Positions 39,412 through 50,560 of a stretch of 64,000 bases of DNA are shown here, one piece after another. Positions within the stretch are counted from its first letter, which is position 1; each line of letters begins with the position of its first letter. Source of the DNA: Lama glama. Lineage: Eukaryota. Where the stretch lies: positions 16,990,001 through 17,054,000 of the forward strand of contig CM052816.1 of assembly GCA_028534125.1 (NCBI GenBank), in the 5' to 3' direction. Both the position numbers and the translations under genes were made by a program. The notes beneath the pieces were generated by a model that worked only from the letters and a program-made list of their open reading frames with translations, did not search any database and was not told the origin of the DNA.

Positions 39412-40251
39412 TGCCAAAGGAGAAAACTGTTTCTCTACTCATAACACTTCTGACACCAAATATGTGGGTTTTCCACACCAAACAATTCTCTACTCCTGTA
39501 TGAACACCAATTGAGTGTCCTACAATTTTAGTTGATTCTGATACTAACAACCAGGAGATAGTACAGACCCTACAGGCTAAAGGCTGAGTCCAATTGGACT
39601 GCCCCAGCCTCTTCAGGTACCAATAACAAGTAATAGGTCCCTGAGTTACCTATACTTTTGTCTGAATTGGGTACAGATCAGGGGTTCCCATGACCCTCTT
39701 CTCAGGTTCTATAATTTTCTAATAATGGCTCACAGAACCGAGGGAAACACTTTACTTTCTATTTCTTTATTATAAAGGATATTACAAAGGATGCAAATGA
39801 ACAGCCAGATGAGGTACACAGGGTGAGGTTCAGAAGGGTCCTGAACTTAAGAGCTTTTGTCCCTTAGGAGTTTGGGGTGTACCACTGTTCCAGCTCATTG
39901 ATGCATTCACCAACTCAGAAGTTCATCAAAACTTGATGTTCAAGAGTTTTTACAGAGTGTAACTTCTAGCTCCCCTCCCTTCACAGGAGGTCAGGTGTGG
40001 GGCTGGAAATTTGCAACCCTTTAAACATTTAGTCTTTCTGGCATCAGCCCCATCCTGAGGCTATAAGGACCCCGCCCTATATCACATCATTAGCATAAAC
40101 TCACGGGTGATGGAAAAGGATGCGTTATGAATAAGAAGATATACTTCTCTTATCCTTATCACTCAGGAAATTACAAGGGTTTTGGGAGCTCTGTGCCAGG
40201 AACTGTGGACAAAGACCAAATACATATTTCTTATTATATCACAATATAACA
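39412..40251. mobile_element. MER21-like LTR element
   Basis: TG...CA ends; acacttctgacaccaaatatgtgggttttccacacc...ctcaggaaattacaagggttttgggagctctgtgccaggaac resembles MER21. Confidence 0.75.
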
Positions 40252-43200
40252 CATATATTTTCTTTGCATATGGTATCTGATAACTAGAATACTTGCAGTC
40301 ATTGCAGGTATTATTTTGAAGTTCATTATTTCCTTGTATTTTTAGTAATATTTTATTATAAGGTCATATTTCTTGGAACCTTACCTGTAGGATTTTAAAA
40401 GAGGATTTATTTATGTTTATACAAGGTGCCTGGGGCATGAAAGTGATCATCTTTATAGTTTTCAGCTCAAGATTTTCTGGGTCACACAGGTAGTGTGAAA
40501 TTCTGGACCCCTACAATATGCCTACAAACTTGTTTAGGAATTCTCAGAGGGGAGTTTTCTTTTTTCTTTTCACTACTCCATCCACAGTTAAGGTGGAGAG
40601 AGTCAGGTATCCTTACCCTTTCCTTCCATAAGCCAGGTTTTTTTTTCTTAATCTCTTATTAAGGATGTAGCCCTTCAGTTTTGGGGAGGTTGCCAATATG
40701 ATATTTGGGTAAGATGACAGGGGCTCAGAAAAGAAGGACCTTATTCAACCTCAGTGAAGTCACAGAAGTTGCCTAGGTAAAGTGACACTTAAACAGATAC
40801 ATCTGTTACTTATTAAGTCTGGATTTATAAAGAAATGTGCATAATTATGTTAAAACATAAGACTAAGAGACTCTATTTTATTTCCATTAAAAATAATTTT
40901 GCCTAAGAAGTAATTAATTGCATAACTTTTGAAATGAAATGTCAATGACACTTAAATTTAGGACACTTAAACTGAACAAAGTCTTCTTGAACAATGAATG
41001 GGAGCCTGCCATGCGAAGGGCATAACTACACTGTGTTCACCACAATGCAAGAATTATGTCCAGTGTGTCCACAACACTTAGCATAGTACCTGGCACATGC
41101 TAGGTGCTCAATTAATATTTTTAAGTATATAATGAGTAAGCAGCATCAAAGTATTCAAGTGGAGGAAAACACTACATATAAAGCAAATAAGAAACAAATA
41201 ACAAAACTTTATTAAAAATAACAAATTTGGCTTTACTAAGGGCCATTTCTTTTTCAACTAGTGTTTTTACAATATTTTTGGCAGGATACTTATTTGGGAT
41301 ACAGTGTACTCTAACAGGGATGATGAGACACATGAATAGTAACTATAACACATCTCCCCTGTGTACACAGTTTAGTTTCTCTCTCACTCTACAGTCCTAA
41401 AGTAAGGGTATGAGGCTTCAGGCTTCAGAGCGCCTCTGCTGATGAGCTCGGTGACTGGGAAAACAGTAAATGCTTCTGCAAATCATTATACCCTTGTCTT
41501 AAGCGGAGAAGAGCAGTCAAGTGTAAACGTTCAGCAAAAATATAGTTGTAGTTTGACTACAATCTGCAATCTGCAAATATCTGGGCTGTCAGTTTGCCAC
41601 TGAAGGTGTGGTCCTAATGAAAGGAGTCTGAGAAGGAGCCTGCCTGGTCAAATGGTAGGAAGGTCCCAGAGCATAAGGTCTCTAAGAAGAGGTAGTGCAT
41701 GCCAAATGGTAAAAACTTTCTTCCCTGGATTTCTGGCTTAAGGGGCAGCAGAAAGCCCATGGTTTTGTGAAGGCCATAATCTCACAGAATCTCTAATTTT
41801 TTCTTTCTCTTACATGGATATAGGGAGAGGGAAGAGGAGAAGGGATATTAATTCTTTTTTTTTAAACCATAAAAGTTCTGACTGTGGAAAAAATATCTTG
41901 TTGACTATAGGAATTTAATCAAGAAACCAAAACAACTTAGTCTTATAGCTGATGATCTCGCTGGCTTATATTATTGCCATACACTGAATTTTGAGTTATC
42001 AGGCCAAAAATGTGGACTTGGCAAAGATGAGGGTTACTGTCAATTGTTCTAGCTCCCCAAACTGGATGGCACCAGTGGCTGTGTGAGTGAATGTAGAAGC
42101 TGAAATCAACATCATGTTAACTTTGGTTCTATTCTGAAAACATTTTATTCCAGAGATATAGAAGATGAAGTTTTTCAGGGCAGAGATCATGATTATATCC
42201 CTCAATACACTGCCTGGCCCATAATAGTTGCTCAAGAAATAAGTGCTGAATGAAAAAATGCACAAAGGTTACTTTGGGTTGCTAAAATCAGAACAGTATT
42301 TGCCATTATTTTGGATGTTGGCGTGGGATTCGTACACCCTGGAACAGTTTCTTCTCTTTGCAGCTAGTGATACTTTTTTTGTCTTTGTTTATGAAGAACA
42401 AGCATTCTTCACACTGGCACAGTGGTCGTAGGCACAGAGGCACAAACAGATTTCCATTGCATTCCTCAGAAGACCCAGCAATACCACTCTCAAATGGTGA
42501 GTGCTTCTTTATCAGAAGATTTAAATTTGCAGGTGGTGGAGGGTGTCTTAGTCCTTTCTTTTTTCCCAGTAGAGATGAGTACTTCAAGGAAGAAAAAATT
42601 AGCTAAGTTTGATTGAATTTGATACATTTTACTGTTCTGTAGGAGTCAGGGTAGATACAATGTCATTTTCCTGTGCAGTAGTTTTTCCCCCTACACAAAA
42701 CTTCATATATTTTCTGATCTTTATCTACATGTATGTCTCATTCTGTAAGTGGGCAGTGTAAGTATGCTTCTAATTAGGGAAGAGGTGTGCTTGTATTTAT
42801 TGTAATTCACAAGGTACAGAAGATGTTAAAAAACAGTGTGAAGAGTTTGGGGGTTCTTGGTGGTTCTTGGTTTTCACTTGAAAATAGACAAGTATTTGGC
42901 AACTTCTGTCAAGAAAAATTTCCACGGGGGCCTCATCCCTATCAGTAAAAGCCTACATACGGCAGTAAAACATTTCCAGACACTTCTTTAGGTCTCTGAA
43001 AGCAGTATAGGAGAGAGGAGTAAAAAAAATTGTGGTATACAGCTTATAAAACACTCTCATGCATACCAATTCATTTCAGTATTATTTTTCCTATTTTACC
43101 ACTGGGGAATCTAAGGTACATTTAGGTTAAGAACCTTGACCAGAGTCACATGGCTAGTAAGTGAAAGGGCTAGAACTCAAACGCAGGTTTTCTTATTACA

Positions 43201-44099
43201 AGTACAATATTCTTATTCCAAGTCCAACATTCCTAAGTATTGAATGTTGTGTCTGTTTTACTTTTTAAGAAATAGTTGGTTGAGGATTGATCAGATAGGA
43301 CTGGCTCTTGGCTCTTGTTGGCTATTGTGGCTCCCGTTTCTTATGAACATTGTATTTAAAAAGATTATAGTAGCCTTGACTGAACAAAAGTTAATCTATA
43401 TGCTGGTACTCAGCCTTGGTCAGAGATGAGATTAGTAAGGGTGAGGAAAACACCTGAATAATGAACATTTATATACTGATGGCAGAAGACTGATGGCTCA
43501 ACATCCTGCTACATCTGAAAGAGCTGAATTCAATCACACTAATCTACGGTAGGGATTGCAGGGAGAGCAGGAAAGAAGTCCACTCGCATTCTCTTTGAAT
43601 AAGAAAGATCAGTTGTAAAGTGACTACAGAGACAGACAGCTATTCCTTGATGTCAAGTTTAATCCCATAGACACTGGTGACTCCGGGGAAGCCCACATGC
43701 TGAAGCCTTCCCTAGCATCTAGGATGTGGTCTGGGGTTGTAGCAAATATATGTTCCTTTTATAGTGATTTGACCTATGATTTTACTTCTGAGAGGCATAA
43801 AGTCTCTGCTCAGATGAGGTGGGTAAAATGTTTGTTTTCCTCGGCTATGAAAGTCTTCTCGCAAAGAAATAACTAAAAAATCTCACCTCAAGTAATAATT
43901 TTCCTGGTAGGCCACCTCCAGAAGAAGGGAAATGCTATTTTGGACATTAGTTATATACCAATTAAATTGTGACGTCTACATCTACAGGTAAAGCATTTGT
44001 AGAAAGAATGAAGAAAAAGTCATGTAATTTTAAGGTATTCTCTTAGTGGCTGCCAAATGTAGAAAATTCTGTTTGTTACAAGATGTTAAATCAAAAGTT

Positions 44100-44273
44100 A
44101 CATTATCAGCCAGATAATTCTTTGTCCTGGGGAGGGCTGTCCTGTGTACTGCAGGATGTTTAGCAGCATCTTTGACCTCTGCTCACTGGATGCCAGTAAT
44201 ACCTCCCCAGTTTTGACAACCAAAAATGTTTCCAGACATGGCCATAAAAATTATCCCCAGCTGAGAACTACTG
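44100..44273 (-). mobile_element. MER20 hAT-Charlie DNA transposon
   Basis: gataattctttg...gggctgtcctgtgtactgcaggatgtttagcagcatc...gacaaccaaaaatgtttccagaca...tgagaactactg. Confidence 0.8.
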
Positions 44274-44868
44274 TTTTAATCAAAGCACCAAGGTATTATA
44301 GAAAAAACCCAACTCCCTCCACCCCTTCCACAAAAACTGACCATAGTGAGTTCTGAAATGGACTTTCCCTAGAAATGAGAGGGTTTAGCCAAAATCAGGT
44401 AGATAACTCTATATACTCACAACAAGTTATAAAAGGTCAAGTGAGAATTAGTGAGGTATTTCTTTGGAGACTGTTGTTGGTATGCTGTGATTCTTACCAC
44501 ATAAGCTTGCCTGCCTCTTATCTCAAGGTGAGTGAGAGGGACCTCCAATGGAACTACTCAGAGTACTTGAGATGTGTCTCTTGCAGTTAGTGGGCCGCAG
44601 TGGACTTGTGTCTGTCTCCTGCCTGAAAACCAAAAAGGACAAGAGATAGGCTGGCAGGTGTTTTGGCAGCAGAGCAGAGGAATGCTGCAGTTGCACTGGG
44701 AGCCTGTATTCCCAAGTTTGTTTGGCCAAGAAGTGCATGAGCGCTTAATGTGGACCGTACAGAGCTGCCACTAGCCTAAACAGCACCATTAGAAAAAAAG
44801 ATCTCCCTCATCCAGGCATTTTACTTCCATCTTTTGGAAAATAGTCACACATACGTTATAAACACTTT

Positions 44869-44885
44869 ACTGCCACCTGCTGGAA
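44869..44885 (-). promoter_or_regulatory. Candidate CTCF site
   Basis: Minus strand TTCCAGCAGGTGGCAGT is close to the CTCF core consensus. Confidence 0.55.
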
Positions 44886-47379
44886 AAGTGTTAAAATAAA
44901 TATACAAATCCACGAGGATGATGTGAATGGCACTTCCTAGGGTATGGAGTACACAACCTTATGCAACAGTATATGGGGTGGTCCCAGGCCACTTACAAGT
45001 GGGCCAGTGTGAGAGCTACCTTAGATCCTATCTGACAGGGTCCTTACTGAGAAAAACAGGTTTCAAGAGATAAGAAGTTGGAGGTGGGCCACTAGATAGA
45101 TTCCTAGGGACTGAAAAAGAGTAAAGAACTATGAGAGTAGAATGCTTTTCCTCAGATCAAGGGTTCCACGTGTGAGAAGCCACCAAAGAATGGGGACAGT
45201 GGTGGTTTCTGAAGTAACCATAAAAGCATCCATCAGAAAAAAAGGCAGCTTTAAACATCTAGCAGGCCCACAGTGTGAAAGCATCACATGGAAGTAAAAT
45301 TTACAAACTTTCCTGCTCCCCTTTCTTTTCCTATCTTTCCCTCCTTTTGGCTCTGCTTGGAGAGCTGGGAGAGAACAAGAAAAACCAGGCATGATGCCTC
45401 TCCAGGGCAAGCAGTGAGCCAGGTATCCTAAATTGGTGAAGAGGGAGAAGTTTCAGTCTTTGTGACTCAATGACTATAAGACTTTCTGTTCGTAAGAAGG
45501 ACCACATAACCTCTTGGAATCTGCCTAGTTAGGTATAAAACAGACCTCCTTCCACTGCACAGGTTTAAAGGGATAGCGAGAGTAAGAAATAAAGGTTTTT
45601 TGTTTTGGTTTGCTTTTTAAAATTACACCCCTGATTCCTATATTTTGAACATACTGGTTAATTATTATAAAGTAGGATATGGAAAAGATATCTTCCCAGG
45701 ACATGTTCTTGAGTTTTACAGGGGAAAAATGGTCTTCAAATCAGCTCATTTGTTGAAAGCCCATACTTTGAGAGTAGGGCACATAAATGCATAAGAGTCT
45801 CTGTCCTCTGGGAGCTTACAGTGTTGGGTTTCATATTCAGAGTAATGCAATTATTACAGTCAGTTATGTCAACAAGAGCCTGTGTTGTACAGGTGGGGCA
45901 GGTTCAGGATTTTTCCTCTAACAATTTCCTCTCATGATTTTTACTCACTCGTGATTAAGCTTTAGAAGCAATCATGTTGCCCCTGTTCTTCAAGCGTGGA
46001 ATCACAGGTAAAGCTTCCATTTAAGATGTTTAAAGAGATGCAAGGCTGAATGCATGGGTTGCATCTTGACTTAGCTGCTATGAAACTAGAGTCCGTCTGG
46101 TCTTCAGCTTGGCAGATTTAGACGTATTTCACTTCACTTAGGCTTAATCAGGCTCTGAGAAATTAATTTGGATAAAACAACTTTATAATTCAATCCAGTG
46201 AACAGAAGCTGATATATAAATCATGATGTGAATTTATTGAGGGCTATATTGCTAGTATAAGTAGTACCAGTCATGTGCCTTGAACATTTGCTTCTTACTG
46301 GGTATGAGATCGCTTGAGTTATGGGAAGACTACCTGATGATTGTGGAATCAGAGCGTGGGTCTTTGTATGCTCCTAAAGGGTATCTAGAATTTAAGTTTA
46401 CTAGGGTATAAACTCAGTAATGGCAAGGATCTTATTTGTTGAAGTATCCCAAAAGACTAGAACACAGTAAGCATTTAATAAGTATTTGTTGAGTGAGAAA
46501 TTGAATCTGAGCTAAGTTTCTTGGATAATGTGTGGATATTGGTCCTGGTCATTAAAATCAATAGCTTCTATTCTAGACAGAGTGGGTGCCTACAATACAT
46601 TCTTATTCAGATGGTGCTGGTTCTAGACTCTTTATGGACCCCACCCCTCTCTTATGACAGCATCAACTGGGCATGTGACACTTAGGTTACAGATGATTTA
46701 TTTTACTCTCTCTAATGAAATTTGGGAGCCACCCTGGCCTCTGTAACACATTTACAGATCATCTCATAGGGAGACTTTTTTTGGTAAAGCTTGTCCCAAA
46801 TTCTAGGCAGGTTCTTGTTTTACATTTTCCGGATTTCTGACTTCCAGCTCAGGCGAGTAGGGGACAACCGAACTGTGGCAGTTTATATTTTTACAGACAG
46901 CCAGGGTTCTTTGTGCAGATGTGGATCTACCTACCCGCCATCAAGGAGTCTAAAGGCAAAACACTGCGTTCCACTTCTCAATGGAAGATCTCAAAGCCAT
47001 TAACAGACTAAAGCAAAAAAGAGATTGGCTGTATATTCATACCTTTGTGAACGCATGGGAGCAGCACAGTCGGTCTGGGTGTCTGTATAAGCAAGTACAG
47101 ACTCCCCAGGCTCAGAGAGCTCTTCATTTTTTCTGTCTTTCAGCTCTACCTCTGAAGCTCTGGTCTAGTTTAGGAAGCTCCCTGTGAGCATTTAGCCTAT
47201 TGACTTTCATATTCCCAGATGCTTTCGGCACCTTAAGTAGCTATGTTCTCTCTGGAGTCTAGATCGTGTCCTTAGGTGAAGAGGAGGAGTGGGGGCGGGC
47301 AGGTCCCCGATCTAACTCCCACCGATGAGAATGGGAACGTGAGTTACCGCTTCAGTCTGCCTGCAGGTTTTCCGTTAAG

Positions 47380-48500
47380 GTTTCCGCGATCCTCACCTAG
47401 ATAAGGTCACCCGGGTTTTTCTGGTCTTCTGCAGGGGCGCACACTCCCTCCGCACAGACCAGGAGTGACCTCGGGCTTCCGGATTTGCCCTTCATGACTC
47501 CTACCTCCCCTCCCCACTTTTCTCTATCTTCTTTCCAACCTCCCCGAACTGGAGACCCCCAGACACCTCACTTGGGCTCGCGCCTGGCTTCGCACACCCT
47601 AACTCAGGGGCCCAAATTTGCGGCGGGAGAAGCACTGCGGTCCTAACGCCCACAGACTTCAGGACTGCAGCCAGGGGCTGTTGAGGACCCCCGCCCTCGC
47701 GTCGCGCTTGCCCCGCCCCCGCCCGCGGGCCCGCCCCGCCCCCTCCCACGCACGTCACGTCCGGCCCGGCCCTCGCCCGCCCTCCGCCCTCCGCTTTCCT
47801 CCCGCTCGCCGTTAGGGAGGTTCTGCGCCTCAGCCGCTGCCTCCGTCGCCGCTCCCGCCCCCTCTTCTGCGTCTCCGCCTTCGCCACCGCTGGGGACGTC
47901 CGGGGGTCGCTTACCGGGCTGGCCTCACGCCACAGCCATCGCTTCAGCCTCCCTCCAGAGGCCGCCACAGGAAGAGGCTCGCCAGCCGCGGAGTCACCTG
48001 GGGCCTCAGTTCTAGCTCTCTTCCCGTCGCCGAGGGTCCTGGAGAAGCGGCCGCGGCCAGGGAACTGGGCGTCGCGGTTCCAACGGTAGGTGAACGGGCG
48101 GGTACCCGTTTATGCGCATGCGCGGGTCCCTGGTCGCCGCGGCCCTCCCCCCTCCGCCGCCCCCCAGCGCAGTGTCCCACCCACGCCGGACTCGAGGACG
48201 TTGCGCGTCTGGGTGCCGGGGATCCCAGGCAGTGCGGTGCAGTGCCGTGCAGTTGCCGCATTCGTAGAGGGGGGTCCCCTTTTTGCTTTAGCATAAGTGA
48301 AGCCGTGCGCCTGGCTGTCAGGGGGTGTGGCAGTCTTCGATTTTTCAGCCGCTGCAGTGCGCGTGAGCGGGTGTGCCTTCTCATCCTTGCTTCCCCAAAG
48401 TAGAAGGCACAGTAACCCACGCTTGTTTGCTAGCTTCCCCTGCATACCCGACCTGCGCCACCTCCTTGCCCATTTCCTTCACGCTGGGCAGTGAAGTTGA
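47380..48500 (+). promoter_or_regulatory. CpG island promoter of FAM13B
   Basis: The only CpG-dense, GC-rich stretch in the window. GC boxes at 47711-47743, CRE/E-box-like CACGTCACGT at 47751-47760, NRF1 palindrome TGCGCATGCGC at 48113-48123. Confidence 0.92.
47790..48085 (+). other. FAM13B: Probable non-coding exon 1 of FAM13B (start approximate)
   Basis: Lies downstream of the GC boxes and contains no ATG. Ends at donor ACG|GTAGGT (48085), with an alternative TAG|GTGAAC at 48089. Confidence 0.55.
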
Positions 48501-49674
48501 TGCAGGGGGAAAAAAAAAGAGTGTGGTTTAATCTGGGCTCAACTGCGCCTCTTTTTAAGATCACGTGAGATGAGTGGTTGCTGACTTCCTTAAATCACTC
48601 GGAGAATATAGCCAAAATTGGGCTGTTGGTGCACTGGGGACCTGTCGAGAATGCACTCTGCATAGGGCAGGCTAGAGAGAGTACAGCGCTAAGTTTCAGG
48701 TGGGGCACCTGATTTCCGAGACAAGGTAATAGGAAATTGAATCAGTTGGCACATTTGCCCGGTGGGAAGTTGGTAAACTTCAATTAAAAGTCAGTTAAAA
48801 ATCAGTTTTAGAAAGGCATTTCGTTTGGCTGCCCATTATGCAGTCTAATCAATGAAAAAAGTACATAAGTTTGGGCACTTACCTTATTTTCAAGTTGATA
48901 ATCTAAAAATGGCAACCAGAACTGCAGACTTTGAACATTGAGTAACTGAGCTGCACTTACTTTTAAAGTCGGACATTAAATGATAGTTTTGAATTATTGG
49001 CTTTCTGGGTTAATGTGAGGCTGTGTCTTCAACTTTCCTTTTTGTGACCTTGCATGCAATACTTGTTGGACTGGGTGTCTTTCAGTTACTGCACATTTAG
49101 TAAGTACCTTTTTGTTGAATGAAATTGAATGAATTGGTTATTGTATATCCATGGGGAACCCCTTCTTATTTTTCTTAATCTCTGCTGCTTTTAAAATTGG
49201 GGCAGTATTTTCTCCGATTTAATTGTGTCACCAGTTAGGGATCTGGGACACAGTTTAAATCCTTGGAAAGATGTAAAAAGGCTAATCAGTGTCGTGTGTG
49301 TGTTTTTTAAACTTCATGTATAATGTTTCATTTATTAATATGAGTGTATAGAATTCTGTTTTCTATACCTTTACAATTTTTATTTATTTTAAAAATTAAT
49401 AGGCTAGTTTTAGAGAAATTTTAAGTTCACAAAAAATTGACCGGAAAGTGTAGTTTTTCCATATCTCTGCACCCCCCCCCACAGTTTTCCCTATTCCTTA
49501 TATCTTGTATTACTGTGAACAGTGTTTTTTTAAGAATGCCATCGTTTAGGACAGATGAAATGACTGAAATGAGTATATTATGCCTTGTCGGTTTTTCCTC
49601 ACCAATAAAATGGCTCCCCTTTGTACACTGACTTTAATATTTGGAAATATAATGGAATAAATTGCTGTAGCTAT

Positions 49675-50560
49675 ACTTTGAAAACAATTGTGGTAAAAAT
49701 ACATAATACAAAATTTACCACTTTAACCATTTTTAAATGTTCAATTCAGTGGTATTAAGTACATTCACAGTGTTGTGCAACCATTATCACTATCTGTTTC
49801 CAGAACTTTTTCATCATTCCAAACAGAAACTCTGTAGACAATGATTTCCCATTCCCTCTTCCTCCTAGAGCCGGGTAACCTGTATTCTACTTTCTGTCTC
49901 TATAATTTGCCTATTCTAGTTACCTCATATAGGTGAAATCATATAGCATTTGTCCTTTTGTGTTTCTCATATTTTCATTTAGCATCATTTCAAGGTTCAT
50001 GCATATTATAGTATGTTCCAGAATTTCTTTCCTTTTTAAGGTTGTATAATATACTCCATTATGTGTATATACAACATTTTGTTTACCCTTTCATCTGTTA
50101 ATGGACATTTGGATTGTTTCTACCTTTTATCTTTTATGAATAATGCTGCTATGAATATTGGTGTACAAGTAAGTATCTGATTGAGTCCCCGCTTTCCGTT
50201 CTTTTGGGTATATACCTAGGAATGGAATTGCTGAATCATACGGTAATTCTATGTTTAAGTTTTTGAGGAAAGTCCAAACTGTTATCAGGGACTACTGCAC
50301 CATTTTACATTCCCATTAGCAGTGTGTAAGCTTTCCAGTTCTCTACTTCCAGCAGTTGTTACTTGCCTTTGTTTGATAATAACCATTCTAGTGGGAGTAT
50401 CTAGAACAGGTATCTCATCTGTGGTTTTGATTTGCATGTCCCTAAGAGTGATGTTGAACATCTTTTCATTTTGTGTATCTTCTTTGGAAAAATGTCTGTT
50501 TAAAAAGCCCTTTGCTCATTTTTTGAATTATTTTTTGTTTCTTTGTTGAGTTAACTTTTT
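49675..50560 (-). mobile_element. L1 (L1MB-like) 3' end in FAM13B intron 1
   Basis: attgtggtaaaaatacataatacaaaatttaccactttaaccatttttaaatg...ggaatggaattgctgaatcatacggtaattc. Confidence 0.85.

Noticed and set aside
44587..44748. Cys-rich plus-strand frame (...KDKR*AGRCFGSRAEECCSCTGSLYSQVCLAKKCMSA*) resembling a decayed peptide-hormone exon
   Set aside because: It has an internal stop, and the Cys spacing fits neither the insulin/relaxin A chain (CC-x3-C-x8-C) nor CART. The apparent upstream intron would be only 59 nt. A tBLASTn hit at the syntenic position in non-mammals would be needed to revive it.
47501..48494. Several 65-158 aa ORFs on both strands
   Set aside because: GC-rich CpG islands are depleted of stop codons; the translations are low-complexity with no recognisable family.
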